64,000 bases of DNA from Candidatus Woesearchaeota archaeon. GTDB taxonomy: Archaea; Nanobdellota; Nanobdellia; Woesearchaeales; JACPJR01. Shown piece after piece: positions 1-9,889 of this stretch. The stretch's first letter is position 1. Every line of letters starts with the position of its first letter. The DNA lies in contig JACPJR010000031.1 of NCBI GenBank assembly GCA_016187565.1, positions 9,796 to 73,795 on the forward strand. Reading direction: 5' to 3'. The translations under genes were made by a program, and so were the position numbers. A model generated the notes under the pieces. The model had not been told where the DNA came from, made no database searches, and saw only the letters and a list, made by a program, of their open reading frames with translations.

Positions 1-170
1 ATAGCAACAATTTCACTAATGTGGTGCACCGGTAAAGTATGCTGTACAGCACTAGTTGAAGAATTTCCTCCAGTAATTGCCACTTTTCTTATCTGTGGAT
101 ACTGTTTACAAAGCGCATCAATCAGCCGCGGAAGGGATTTATTGCTTTCTTTAATCCTGATCTCTTTCAT
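1..170 (-). CDS. Partial hypothetical CDS (N-terminal part only; runs off the window start)
   Basis: Minus-strand ATG at 170..168, then an open frame to position 1 (MKEIRIKESNKSLPRLIDALCKQYPQIRKVAITGG...). It is below the ORF-track length cutoff only because it is cut by the window edge. Confidence 0.2.
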   Translation of the reverse strand, partial: MKEIRIKESNKSLPRLIDALCKQYPQIRKVAITGGNSSTSAVQHTLPVHHISEIVA

Positions 171-222
171 GACGATTTTCTTTTCATGCATAACCACAAA
201 TTTCGTAGAGCTGTAACCAAGA

Positions 223-2025
223 TCAATGCCAAGTATCATGCGTATCCTCTTTTTTCATATACCAAATAAATGACATAACCGCTATGATTGCAAGGATACC
301 TATAAGTACGAATGCTCCGGTGGTAAATACAACTCCTGCTACGGTAAGTGTACCAGCAGTAAATCCTGCAATTCCTTCACCACCCATGACACCTGCTGCA
401 ATCAGAAGAACCGTGTGCGAGAGCGAACTATACTTTTTATCAACAATCCATCGGAGTAAAGCTCCTATTCCAAGGGGAATGGCAATGGCAAATCCAAGAA
501 AAAGGCCAATTCCTAAGGGCATCATCAATACTTTGTTTCGTCTATTTTTTGGAAGGAGCATGTTGATGAGTTCCACTAAGAATGCAAGTCCAAAGCCAAT
601 CATAAAAGCGAGAGGATATGCAAAACCAAAGATGCTTCCAGCAACGAGCTGTGCTTGAGGAGCAGGCATGGTTGGTGTAAACAGTTGTGCCTGAAATCCT
701 TGGAAGATGATATGGAGTACGAAGGGTGCAATAAGCCCGGCAACAACAACCGCAATAAGATCAACCCGTACAATATCAGAAATCCGAGTGCCGAGAATCT
801 GTGCTGATTTGTAATCATGGCCAATGTCTCCTGCGACTGCACAAGCGACGCTGACAAAGGCAACAATAAGAAACGAAGCAAAGGGATCAAGGTTGATTGC
901 TAGTAATCCATAGATGAGGGCAATAATTAATCCCACAAAGATACCGAACTGTTCTAAGGGATCAATGTTTGTCTCTCCGGTCATTCGTGCTGCTACAATA
1001 ACCATAATCCATGTACCCAACACCGTGAGTAATGCAGCAATAAGAGGAACACCTCCAACCCTTAACGCAATCACTGAGGCTACTGAGAGCAGCATAAGAG
1101 CGTACCATGATGAGCCCTTAAGGAATGGAGCGAAAAGTTTTTTCATCCTTGGAATGAGGTAGATAATAAAAAACCCTATCCCTGAACCAAGCACGATGCC
1201 CATCCCAAGATTCTGAGCAAGTGCAATTGCATTTCCTGAGGTCATCCCCTTGGCAGCCAGCATAGGAATAAGGATAAGCCAGCCAAGAATTGCTCCGAAA
1301 AACCATGAAACTCCTGGACGAACGCCAAGAATATAACCCGCACTTACTGCAAGAGGCATTGGATAGAAGGTGAGGAATATGCCTAAGGGAATGAGTGCAG
1401 CCCAGGTCCATCCTGCAGGAAAATAGAGATCTCGGAAAAGTGCAAAGATCCCGGTTAATGCACCAACCAACACAACTCCAAAGAAAAGCCTCCCGCCCTT
1501 TGTACCCAGTTTTAAGAGTTCAGCTCCTGCAATTCCTGAGGCATAGGGTAAATTTTCTTTATCAACAAATGCTTTTTTCAAAGGAATTGAAACAAGTACA
1601 CCTAAGACACCTGCAAGAACCGTAAGAAGGGCAAGTATCCACGGATTGGGAAGGGGTATGGCTAGTCCCTTGCTTTGATTAAGAAAAATAATCCCTGGAA
1701 TAGTAAACACAACACCCGCAGCAACAAGTCCACCAATACTTCCCCCTGCCTGCGCCACATTGATCTCATGGGGATTTTCTTTTCCTCTCCAGTTGATGAG
1801 TTTCAAAAGTCCGCCTGCCACAATAACGGAAAAAATAATTGGCCAGGGAAGTGCACCAAGCTTTATGGCAATGTAGGATGAGCTTGCTGTAAGAAAAATC
1901 GTAATCAGGATCGCGATGATCACCGCCCGTAAGGTAAATCCACTATTCCTTTTTGTTTCTTTTGCGTTACTCTCTTTTGTTGGTTGTGTCTTCATAAACA
2001 TCCCCCACTCTTCTGTCTTTGGCAA
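223..2025 (-). CDS. Polytopic membrane transporter, OPT (oligopeptide transporter) superfamily-like
   Basis: 600 aa with ~14-16 predicted hydrophobic helices, Gly-rich and glycine-zipper segments, and a length typical of prokaryotic OPT-family permeases. The family is assigned from overall architecture only. Confidence 0.4.
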   Translation of the reverse strand: MPKTEEWGMFMKTQPTKESNAKETKRNSGFTLRAVIIAILITIFLTASSSYIAIKLGALPWPIIFSVIVAGGLLKLINWRGKENPHEINVAQAGGSIGGLVAAGVVFTIPGIIFLNQSKGLAIPLPNPWILALLTVLAGVLGVLVSIPLKKAFVDKENLPYASGIAGAELLKLGTKGGRLFFGVVLVGALTGIFALFRDLYFPAGWTWAALIPLGIFLTFYPMPLAVSAGYILGVRPGVSWFFGAILGWLILIPMLAAKGMTSGNAIALAQNLGMGIVLGSGIGFFIIYLIPRMKKLFAPFLKGSSWYALMLLSVASVIALRVGGVPLIAALLTVLGTWIMVIVAARMTGETNIDPLEQFGIFVGLIIALIYGLLAINLDPFASFLIVAFVSVACAVAGDIGHDYKSAQILGTRISDIVRVDLIAVVVAGLIAPFVLHIIFQGFQAQLFTPTMPAPQAQLVAGSIFGFAYPLAFMIGFGLAFLVELINMLLPKNRRNKVLMMPLGIGLFLGFAIAIPLGIGALLRWIVDKKYSSLSHTVLLIAAGVMGGEGIAGFTAGTLTVAGVVFTTGAFVLIGILAIIAVMSFIWYMKKEDTHDTWH

Positions 2026-2139
2026 TAGTATGGATGATACAATGATCGTTTACTATTTAAAGATTGTTACAAACCGGAAATACGCAATTGTGGTGAGTGA
2101 TGAATAATATTTATATACTGGCAAGCGGTATGGGCAGAT

Positions 2140-2760
2140 ATGACGCTTTTTATAATCGATCTTCCCTGTACCGCACCTTATCGGAAGCAAGAACATCATT
2201 CATCAACTGAACTTTACAATCTTGATTTTATTTGTGAGTCATATGGTTTACAGAGTTGTGGGAAGAAATACATCCGTAAAAAATGGTCACATAACTCCTC
2301 GTGGATGGCGCAACATTTCCAGCGACCTCGATTGTTAATTGACGAACTCGAGAAAGATGGTTTTCGTGGCGCTCATGGTTTTTTCTTTGCAGCAAATGAC
2401 AAGGATAAATTACATTTCCTTATGGAGCATATTCGACATAATATTCCGTTAGTCGTTCGTATTGGTTCTGGCTATGGGATATTTGGAACATTATTCTACT
2501 TTTATCCTCGTGCATTCATTACTGCCCACTTTATTACGCTCCTTGGTTACGATGATCATGCTCATGTTTTTTATGTGTATGATCCTCGCATTTCTTCTGA
2601 GAAAAATGCTCAGCTTCCTATTGGTAACTTTGCCCTCCCAGAAAAGATCTTGTTGCAGGAATGGAATGTCGGTCTCTTTTGGCATCCGAACTTTTATTTT
2701 GCTATAGAGCAAAAAGTGGGGAAAACAAATGTTGATACTATCCAAAATACTATTCTCTGA
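2140..2760 (+). CDS. Hypothetical protein
   Basis: A 206-aa ORF with a TATA-like element upstream (aatatttatatact, 2106-2119). It has a Cys...His...Asp arrangement but no family I can name. A papain-like fold is only a possibility. Confidence 0.3.
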   Translation: MTLFIIDLPCTAPYRKQEHHSSTELYNLDFICESYGLQSCGKKYIRKKWSHNSSWMAQHFQRPRLLIDELEKDGFRGAHGFFFAANDKDKLHFLMEHIRHNIPLVVRIGSGYGIFGTLFYFYPRAFITAHFITLLGYDDHAHVFYVYDPRISSEKNAQLPIGNFALPEKILLQEWNVGLFWHPNFYFAIEQKVGKTNVDTIQNTIL

Positions 2761-2773
2761 ATTAGTCTGACTC

Positions 2774-3880
2774 ATGGTGAATCCTATGTTCAGTCGTTTT
2801 CCTTTACAACACAGCAACTCTTTGAACCACGCTGCTGGAAATAATCCTCTTCATGTCGCTATTGTTACTCCAAGCTATCCACCAACCATTAGCGGAAATG
2901 CAACTACAGTTTCAAGAATTGTGGAAGGCTTACAAAAGAAACATGTTTCTTGTCATGTTTTCCTGCCCTCTACATTCGCACAGATTTCGAGTAATAAACT
3001 TCGTACTTTACAGGTCTCATTAATCCATGCATTTCATGGCTATAAGTCTGGGATTATTGCTCAGGAGATTGCGACGCAGCTTAACATTCCACTAGTGCTT
3101 ACCTTAACAGGAACTGATATCAATGTTGATCTGCATCAACCATCAAAGCAAAAAAAACTTTGCCGAGTGTTCAATAAAACACAGGTTATTACCGTATTTC
3201 ATAAACGCATGCAAAAAACGCTTCTGGCGTATTATCCTCAACTTCACCATAAAATAGTTATTATTCACCAGAGTGTTAAACTTATCAAACAGCCTTATGC
3301 CTTACGAGAAAAGCTGACCATACCAAAAAAATCCTTTCTTTTTTATCTCTCTGCAGGATTGCGAAGATTAAAATACCATGCATTTTATCTTCCAGCATTT
3401 ATTCGCCTTCATAAATTAAACAAGCAACGTGATATCCATCTTGTCGTTGTTGGTTCGGTACTAGAACCTGATTTTGCTCAATCGTTTCTTGAGACGATTA
3501 AACCTTATTCATGGATCCATTACATTCCCTCAATTCCCCATGAAAATATTGCTGCTGCATTGCAAGAAGTTGACATCGTACTCAATACCTCTGAAAGCGA
3601 AGGCCAGTCTAACAATATACTTGAAGCAATGAGTCTTGGAAAGCCGGTTTTAGCAGCCGCCATCTCTGGAAATAAAGCTCTGATCTGTGATCAAAAAAAT
3701 GGATTACTCTTTTCCTCTCCGACGAACTTTTTTAAAAAAGCTTCATTGTTGATTGACAATGCGACCTTGAGAAGAGAACTTGGACAGGAAGCAAAGACAA
3801 TACTTGGTAAGCACGCATACACTCGTGAAATAAGCGCATATTTCCAAGCGTATCAACGTGCTTTATATCCAGTAAGGTAA
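2774..3880 (+). CDS. Glycosyltransferase family 4 (GT-B, retaining)
   Basis: C-terminal EX7E-type motif (ESEGQSNNILEAMSLGKPVLAAAISGNKALI) and an overall GT4 layout. The stop codon abuts the start of the next ORF. Confidence 0.8.
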   Translation: MVNPMFSRFPLQHSNSLNHAAGNNPLHVAIVTPSYPPTISGNATTVSRIVEGLQKKHVSCHVFLPSTFAQISSNKLRTLQVSLIHAFHGYKSGIIAQEIATQLNIPLVLTLTGTDINVDLHQPSKQKKLCRVFNKTQVITVFHKRMQKTLLAYYPQLHHKIVIIHQSVKLIKQPYALREKLTIPKKSFLFYLSAGLRRLKYHAFYLPAFIRLHKLNKQRDIHLVVVGSVLEPDFAQSFLETIKPYSWIHYIPSIPHENIAAALQEVDIVLNTSESEGQSNNILEAMSLGKPVLAAAISGNKALICDQKNGLLFSSPTNFFKKASLLIDNATLRRELGQEAKTILGKHAYTREISAYFQAYQRALYPVR

Positions 3881-4552
3881 TTGAATCTATTTTTACGTCA
3901 TAAGATCCAAAAATATTTATACTCTTTCTGTTCTGTCTTTCCTATGGCTATTCCTTTTGAAATCCGACGGCGTTGTTTCCATATTGGTTATGGTCTTTTG
4001 ATTGTTTTATTGTTAGTAACGCATATTCTCACTCCTTGGAGATTAGTCCTGCTGTTTGCTGTTGGTATTCTTCTTTCCATACTTTCCCATTCCATAAAAC
4101 TACCTCTAGTCTATTGGTTTCTCAAGCATTTTGAACGTCCGGAAGTTTTGGAGAAATTTCCTGGTAAAGGTGCAATGTTATTTACGCTTGGCTGTATCAT
4201 ACCCTTATTCTTATTTTCGAGAGATATTGCCTTGGCTGCTATTATGGTTCTCACCTTAGGTGATGGAGTCTCTCATCTTGTGGGTAAAACCTGGGGAAAA
4301 CGGAATATTCCTTTTAACCAAGCGAAACGTGTTGAGGGAAGTATTGCAGGGATGGGAGCAGCATTCCTTGGTGCATTGTTCTTTGTCAGTCCACTTGAGG
4401 CATTTTTAGCGTCATTTGTTGCAATGGCTGTAGAGGCTGTTGAAATAACATTCTTTAGGTACGATGTGGATGATAATATTACTGTTCCCCTTGTTGCCTC
4501 TGCAGTGATCTTCTTATTGCGAAACATTCTTAAAAAAGCCTTATTTTCTTGA
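3881..4552 (+). CDS. CTP-dependent polyprenol/dolichol kinase-like membrane protein (CTP_transf_1/DUF92 superfamily)
   Basis: Multi-TM protein with GKTWGKRN...RVEGSIAGMGAAF, which is typical of the dolichol kinase / phytol kinase / CDP-alcohol synthase superfamily. The track start is TTG at 3881. The first ATG, at ~3944 (MAIPFEI), is the more likely start. Confidence 0.45.
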   Translation: MNLFLRHKIQKYLYSFCSVFPMAIPFEIRRRCFHIGYGLLIVLLLVTHILTPWRLVLLFAVGILLSILSHSIKLPLVYWFLKHFERPEVLEKFPGKGAMLFTLGCIIPLFLFSRDIALAAIMVLTLGDGVSHLVGKTWGKRNIPFNQAKRVEGSIAGMGAAFLGALFFVSPLEAFLASFVAMAVEAVEITFFRYDVDDNITVPLVASAVIFLLRNILKKALFS

Positions 4553-4556
4553 GTTC

Positions 4557-5546
4557 ATGAAAGAACAGTTTCCTTTTGAAAGCACACCACGTATAGTATT
4601 TGTTAAAAAGAAAGCAAAGACTGATAAAAAGTTTGGTTGTCGACCAGAGGAACGATCAACACAGGAGTTACTCCAGTATGGCATTGTGAGGGTTAACAAA
4701 CCTCGGGGACCGACCTCACACCAAGTCTCTGCCTATGTCCAACAGATTCTAGGGATTACCAAAAGTGGTCATTCAGGAACATTAGATCCAAATGTTACTG
4801 GATTATTGCCTGTTGCATTAGGAAGAGCAACAAGAATTACCGAAGCATTACTAGGCGCTGGAAAAGAATATATTGCGCTTATGCGTCTTCATGGAGATGT
4901 TCCTGATGCTTACCTTACAGCCGCTTTAGAGAAGTTTACGGGAAAGATCAAACAGCTTCCTCCAGTGAAGAGTGCAGTAAAACGACAATGGCGTTATCGA
5001 CAGGTGTATTATCTTACGCTTCTTGAGCGCGATGATAAGGATGTGTTGTTTAAGATCGGTTGTGAGGCAGGGACTTACATTCGTAAGATTTGTCACGATA
5101 TTGGTAAACAGCTTGGTTGTGGCGCTCATATGCAGGAACTCGTTCGAACGCGGGTTGGGCCATTCGATCAGCAGAACATGGTTACTCTCCAAGATCTTAC
5201 TGACGCATACTACTACTACAAGGAACTGGGAAATGAAAAGTATATCCGTTCTATTGTTGAGCCTCCGGAAAATGCAGTCCAGCATTTACCAAAAATATGG
5301 GTACTAGATAGCACGGTTGAGAGCTTATGTCATGGAGCAATCCTCCATATCCCAGGGATTAGTGCTTTCGAAGAACCTATCGAGAAAGATCAACTGGTTG
5401 CTCTCGTAACTTTGAAGGATGAATTGGTCTGCCTTGGCAAAGCACACGGTAGTTCAACTCTCATGAAAGGAGAAAAAGGAGTTGCCGTCAAAACCACTAA
5501 GGTATTCATGCTTCCGGGTACGTATCCAAAGGTTGAGAAAGTATAA
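4557..5546 (+). CDS. cbf5: tRNA/rRNA pseudouridine synthase Cbf5 (H/ACA RNP catalytic subunit, TruB family with PUA domain)
   Basis: TruB motifs: VNKPRGPTSH and GHSGTLDP (catalytic Asp). It has a C-terminal PUA-like region and an archaeal length of 329 aa. Confidence 0.9.
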   Translation: MKEQFPFESTPRIVFVKKKAKTDKKFGCRPEERSTQELLQYGIVRVNKPRGPTSHQVSAYVQQILGITKSGHSGTLDPNVTGLLPVALGRATRITEALLGAGKEYIALMRLHGDVPDAYLTAALEKFTGKIKQLPPVKSAVKRQWRYRQVYYLTLLERDDKDVLFKIGCEAGTYIRKICHDIGKQLGCGAHMQELVRTRVGPFDQQNMVTLQDLTDAYYYYKELGNEKYIRSIVEPPENAVQHLPKIWVLDSTVESLCHGAILHIPGISAFEEPIEKDQLVALVTLKDELVCLGKAHGSSTLMKGEKGVAVKTTKVFMLPGTYPKVEKV

Positions 5547-5579
5547 GAAGTGTATTTTATTGCTTTGTTGACTGTGCCC

Positions 5580-6188
5580 TTATAGCAATTTATGCCGGGG
5601 TACATAAATTCTTCCCTCAAGGTTTCCCCCATCCATGGCAACCTCTGCATTGGTTCTATCATTTTGCCGCAAGCCTTCGGTTACTCTTTCTCTTGGAGGC
5701 GTAGGCTGATTGAGGAAAAATCCCACTTCCCGTACAGGACTAGATTTGCTTGTATTTGTCTTAGCTGGCATATGGCCTGCTACCAAACGGCATATAGCCT
5801 CTTCCGCTCTGTATGGTTCATGGAGAGCAATGAATTGAACTGCCGCTGATGTTCCATAAGGATCTCGTGCGGAATAAGTAATAGTATCGATGTAAAGGGT
5901 AGCTCCATTAAGATACGTTCGTGCTCGTTCAGGAAGTGCGTCTAATACCAAATGGTGCTCAACAGGTTGGCCGAACATATGTTCCACAGAGCCATTTATT
6001 CTTCGTAGATTGACAGTAGCGTAGAGAGAAAGATTTCCGTCCCAATAAAGCGTATACCCACGATTTCCTTGTGCTGCATGTTCAACAAGCCTGAGTAAAG
6101 TATGTACTCGAGGATCATGATTCATAAAACGTGCTAATCCTGAATTGGCTGGTGGTTCTGCAAGTGATGGTAGTGCATACATTGGCAT
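5580..6188 (-). CDS. Hypothetical protein (orphan, locally elevated GC)
   Basis: A 202-aa ORF, the longest of three overlapping frames, with no motif I recognise. Its base composition is visibly more GC-rich than the flanks. Confidence 0.35.
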   Translation of the reverse strand: MPMYALPSLAEPPANSGLARFMNHDPRVHTLLRLVEHAAQGNRGYTLYWDGNLSLYATVNLRRINGSVEHMFGQPVEHHLVLDALPERARTYLNGATLYIDTITYSARDPYGTSAAVQFIALHEPYRAEEAICRLVAGHMPAKTNTSKSSPVREVGFFLNQPTPPRERVTEGLRQNDRTNAEVAMDGGNLEGRIYVPRHKLL

Positions 6189-6202
6189 GCGGATCCTTTT
6201 TT

Positions 6203-6236
6203 AGTGGTTATTTATATACCTTTTGTCATATAACCA
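6203..6236. promoter_or_regulatory. 8-bp inverted repeat (GTGGTTAT...ATAACCAC) whose loop contains a TATA-like element
   Basis: Read from the sequence. It lies in the divergent region between the orphan ORF (minus, start 6188) and alaS (plus, 6334). Confidence 0.4.
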
Positions 6237-6333
6237 CAAAACTTTTAATACGAACCGATATCCAAGACCTAAGAGAATGAAAGAGAGTCACAAAAAGTGT
6301 CGTAAATACCCAGCAAATACTTAATTTATCACC

Positions 6334-8871
6334 ATGCAATCCGATAAAGAAATAAAAAAGGCATTCAAGGTAAAGGCCAGCAAAGATCCTGATGCTTATT
6401 ATGTTACTCAGGTGCTACGGGCAGAAGGATTTGTCAGAAAACACTGCACCTGTGGCACGTTTTACTGGACAGCTTGTAACAGCCCTGTCTGCGGTGATCC
6501 CTCGTGTTCAGGTGGTTTTCGATTCTTTACCGGAACACCTGCAAAATATCATTTGGACTATATCCAAGTCTGGCAGAAATTTGCTGCCATGTTTCAGGAA
6601 GCAGGGTATACACCTATTCCTCGTTATCCTGTAGCGGCGAGATGGCGTGATGATACTGATTTTGTTCAGGCTTCTATCTATGATTTTCAGCCGTATGTCG
6701 TGAGTGGTGAGGTAAAGCCGCCTGCAAATCCGCTTGTCGTGCCCCAGTTTTGTCTTCGCTTTAATGACATTGACAATGTGGGGATTACTGGAGCCCATTA
6801 TACTGGCTTTGTCATGATTGGCCAACATGCCTTTAATGCTCCACAAGAATGGAATCAAGCAAAGTATTTCCGTGATATCTATCATTGGCTTACCCAAGGA
6901 TTGGGCTTACCCAAGGAAGAGATTACCTTTCATGAGGATGCATGGGCTGGTGGAGGTAATTTCGGTCCGTGTATGGAATATTTCAGTCGTGGACTTGAAC
7001 TTGGGAATCAGGTATACATGATGTATGCAAATACACCCGAAGGTATAAAAGAACTCAATCTAAAAGTCTTAGACATGGGTATGGGTCATGAACGGAATGC
7101 ATGGTTTACCCAGGGAACCAGTACCAGTTATGAAACAACCTTTCCGACAGTAATGCAGTATCTCAGAAAACAAACAGGCATAAAGACGAATGAAAAACTC
7201 ATGCGTAAGTTCTTGCCGTATTCTTCCTACCTCAATGTTGATGAGGTTGAAAATATCGACAAGGTTTGGATGGATATTGCCAAAAAGATTGATGTTCCTG
7301 TTGCTTCACTGAAGACCATGGTTTTGAAAAGTGCTGCGCTGTACTCCATTGCAGAACATGCTCGGGCACTCTTGGTAGCGCTTTCTGATGGCGTTCTCCC
7401 CAGTAATGTGGGAGGTGGTTATAATTTACGTGTTATTTTGAGAAGGGCACTTTTTTTTATTGATAAATACAACTGGGAGATATCCCTTCCCGAGGTATGT
7501 CGTTGGCACGCAACCTATCTCCAACCTCTTTTTCCAGAGCTCATGGATTCTTTAGATTCTGTTGCTACGATCTTAACTATTGAACAGGAAAAGTATGAAC
7601 AGACAAAGCAAAAAACAAAGCTCTTAGTTCAAAATCTTTTCCAATCACCAGAGGTTGTTTCTGAAGAAACCTTGTTACAGCTCTATGATTCACATGGCAT
7701 TGACCCTGCATTGGTGAAGGAGGAGGCAGAAAAACAAGGAAAAAAGGTTAGTGTTCCTGATAATTTCTTTGCTCGTGTTGCTGAGCTCCACGAAACTAAA
7801 GAACAGGAATGGACAACAAAACGAACAGAAATACATCTCGATCTTCACGATGTCCCTGACACCGAGGCATTGTATTACCAGAATTATCTGCAGTTGGAGA
7901 GTAAAAGCAAGGCGCTCAACATTATTGATAAGTATGTTGTGCTTGACAAAACCGTTGCCTATCCGACGAGTGGTGGACAGTTGCATGACACTGGAACAAT
8001 AAACAACATTCCTCTGGTTGATGTCTTTAAGCAAGGTGCCCATATTGTTCATGTTTTAGCTCAACAGCCGAATTTTACCGTGGGTGATACGGTTACGGTA
8101 ATGATTGATCCTGTGAGGAGACGACAGCTAGCCCAACATCATACTGCTACGCATATTATTAATGCCGTTGCACGAAAAGTTTTAGGAAAACATATCAACC
8201 AGGCAGGTGCACGAAAAACAGAAGAAAAAGCAACCTTAGACCTTACGCATTATCAGAAAATAGATGATCATCAGCTGGCTCTCTTGGAGCAAGAAGCAAA
8301 TGGACTTGTTGCTAAAGCACTTCCCCTTTGCCTGAGTTTTATTCCTCGAAATGATGCAGAACAACGCTATGGTATGCGTATTTATCAAGGGGGGGTTGTT
8401 CCAGGAAAAAAACTTCGTATTGTGGAAATCCCCGGTATTGATGTTCAGGCCTGTGGAGGAACTCATGTGAACAATACCCGAGAAGTTGGTGACATTCACC
8501 TCTTGAAATCAACAAAAATCCAAGATGGTATTGTTCGCCTTACCTTTACTGCAGGAAAACGAGCAGAACAAACAGCAGGAGATGTCCATACTACTGCCAC
8601 AGCATTAGCAAAGCGTTTAGGTGTACCAGAATCGTCCATCCCTTCTCGGGTTGCTGAACTCTTTGCAGTCTGGAAAAAGGCAAAAAAAGCTGTTGAAAAA
8701 GGAAAGCCTTTGCTCCCTGAAGAGTTAACCTTAACATCAAAAGAAACCTCTCATGGTGATGTCTTGAAAGAAGCTGCTACCATCCTGAAAACACAGCCTG
8801 AGCATGTGATGAAAACCGTTGAACGATTCCTCAAAGAGATTGAAGAGTTTAAACAGAAGTCGGTAAAGTAA
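6334..8871 (+). CDS. alaS: Alanine--tRNA ligase, archaeal type
   Basis: 845 aa. The class II catalytic core is followed by the editing-domain metal motifs HTATHIINAV (HxxxH) and CGGTHV (CxxxH), plus a C-terminal domain. Confidence 0.95.
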   Translation: MQSDKEIKKAFKVKASKDPDAYYVTQVLRAEGFVRKHCTCGTFYWTACNSPVCGDPSCSGGFRFFTGTPAKYHLDYIQVWQKFAAMFQEAGYTPIPRYPVAARWRDDTDFVQASIYDFQPYVVSGEVKPPANPLVVPQFCLRFNDIDNVGITGAHYTGFVMIGQHAFNAPQEWNQAKYFRDIYHWLTQGLGLPKEEITFHEDAWAGGGNFGPCMEYFSRGLELGNQVYMMYANTPEGIKELNLKVLDMGMGHERNAWFTQGTSTSYETTFPTVMQYLRKQTGIKTNEKLMRKFLPYSSYLNVDEVENIDKVWMDIAKKIDVPVASLKTMVLKSAALYSIAEHARALLVALSDGVLPSNVGGGYNLRVILRRALFFIDKYNWEISLPEVCRWHATYLQPLFPELMDSLDSVATILTIEQEKYEQTKQKTKLLVQNLFQSPEVVSEETLLQLYDSHGIDPALVKEEAEKQGKKVSVPDNFFARVAELHETKEQEWTTKRTEIHLDLHDVPDTEALYYQNYLQLESKSKALNIIDKYVVLDKTVAYPTSGGQLHDTGTINNIPLVDVFKQGAHIVHVLAQQPNFTVGDTVTVMIDPVRRRQLAQHHTATHIINAVARKVLGKHINQAGARKTEEKATLDLTHYQKIDDHQLALLEQEANGLVAKALPLCLSFIPRNDAEQRYGMRIYQGGVVPGKKLRIVEIPGIDVQACGGTHVNNTREVGDIHLLKSTKIQDGIVRLTFTAGKRAEQTAGDVHTTATALAKRLGVPESSIPSRVAELFAVWKKAKKAVEKGKPLLPEELTLTSKETSHGDVLKEAATILKTQPEHVMKTVERFLKEIEEFKQKSVK

Positions 8872-8872
8872 T

Positions 8873-9778
8873 ATGCAACGTACCTATGTCAGCTTTGATG
8901 GGACAAAGATACATTACGATATCCATGAGGTGAAGACACAACAGCCCTCTACGTTGCATGCTCGACGAACAGCACAACAGAACCAGTCTTTTCTCGTCTT
9001 TATCCATGGTGCAGGTGGTGATTTAAATGCATGGAACAGAGAACGCCATGCTTTCCATAACCGAGGTATTGCAACCCTTGCCATTGACTTGCGTGGCCAT
9101 GGACTTTCTGATAGACCACACACCTTTGATGCTTATCAGCTTACCTCTTTTGCACAAGACATTGCCGGTGTGCTTCACCAAGAACGTTTAAAGAACGTTG
9201 TCCTTGTAGGCCATTGTTTTGGAGGCATGGTTGCTATTACCTTCTACAGCCTCTATCCTCGTTTGGCAAAGGCATATGTGCTTATTGACACGACCTACAA
9301 AGCCCCACAATACCTGAAAAAGATATTTACCAGTTATCCTTTTCTAAGAAATCTCCGCCATGCAATTTTGCAGCATAAGTTCCTGAGAAAGACGCAGCTT
9401 TCCCATGTTGATTTCTCGAAATTTAAGGGCACGGGAGATTTTAATCTGTTGAGGATTTATTCTGATATTACCCACACCTCACTACGGTCATGGTTGTTTA
9501 CTTATGAAGCCATTGCCCATTTTGATGGGACCGCTATCTTACGTCGTATGAAACGGCCTGTCCTTATCATCGTAGGAGAAAAAGACCTTATCTTTCCGGT
9601 GTTAGTTGCCCGAAAAATACGAATGCTCGTTAAGCAATCAACCTTGAATGTTATCCCAAATGCAAATCATATTATCGTGCTCAACAACCCAGAAATTGTC
9701 GAAAAAGAGATCGTGACGTTTATAAAGAGTCTGCCTCCCACCAAACAAAAACCTTCTCCGTATAACAAGCGTGGTTAG
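8873..9778 (+). CDS. Alpha/beta-hydrolase fold protein (Cys in the nucleophile-elbow position)
   Basis: FIHGAGGD oxyanion region and a G-H-C-F-G-G nucleophile elbow with Cys where Ser usually sits. It starts 2 nt after the alaS stop. Confidence 0.7.
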   Translation: MQRTYVSFDGTKIHYDIHEVKTQQPSTLHARRTAQQNQSFLVFIHGAGGDLNAWNRERHAFHNRGIATLAIDLRGHGLSDRPHTFDAYQLTSFAQDIAGVLHQERLKNVVLVGHCFGGMVAITFYSLYPRLAKAYVLIDTTYKAPQYLKKIFTSYPFLRNLRHAILQHKFLRKTQLSHVDFSKFKGTGDFNLLRIYSDITHTSLRSWLFTYEAIAHFDGTAILRRMKRPVLIIVGEKDLIFPVLVARKIRMLVKQSTLNVIPNANHIIVLNNPEIVEKEIVTFIKSLPPTKQKPSPYNKRG

Positions 9779-9817
9779 TACGTTGGGTTAGTTTTCATCG
9801 GACAGTAGATTATTTAT

Positions 9818-9834
9818 CGAAACATTTATATATA
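9818..9834 (+). promoter_or_regulatory. BRE/TATA promoter (cGAAACATTTATATAta) upstream of sepF
   Basis: It shares the GAAACATTTATATA motif with the two other promoters listed. It sits ~57 nt before the ATG at 9890. Confidence 0.45.
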
Positions 9835-9889
9835 TCTTTACCAATCTCTTTCCCAAAGCAAGAAGTTATATTCCTCGAAGAAGAGAGTA

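Noticed and set aside
19-2025. Short plus-strand ORFs (19..216, 284..658, 914..1162, 1395..1625 and others) within the OPT-like gene region
   Set aside because: They are antisense to a 600-aa membrane-protein ORF, have low complexity, and show no motifs. They are typical antisense artefacts. The same applies to the many 60-130-aa ORFs antisense to other long genes throughout the window.
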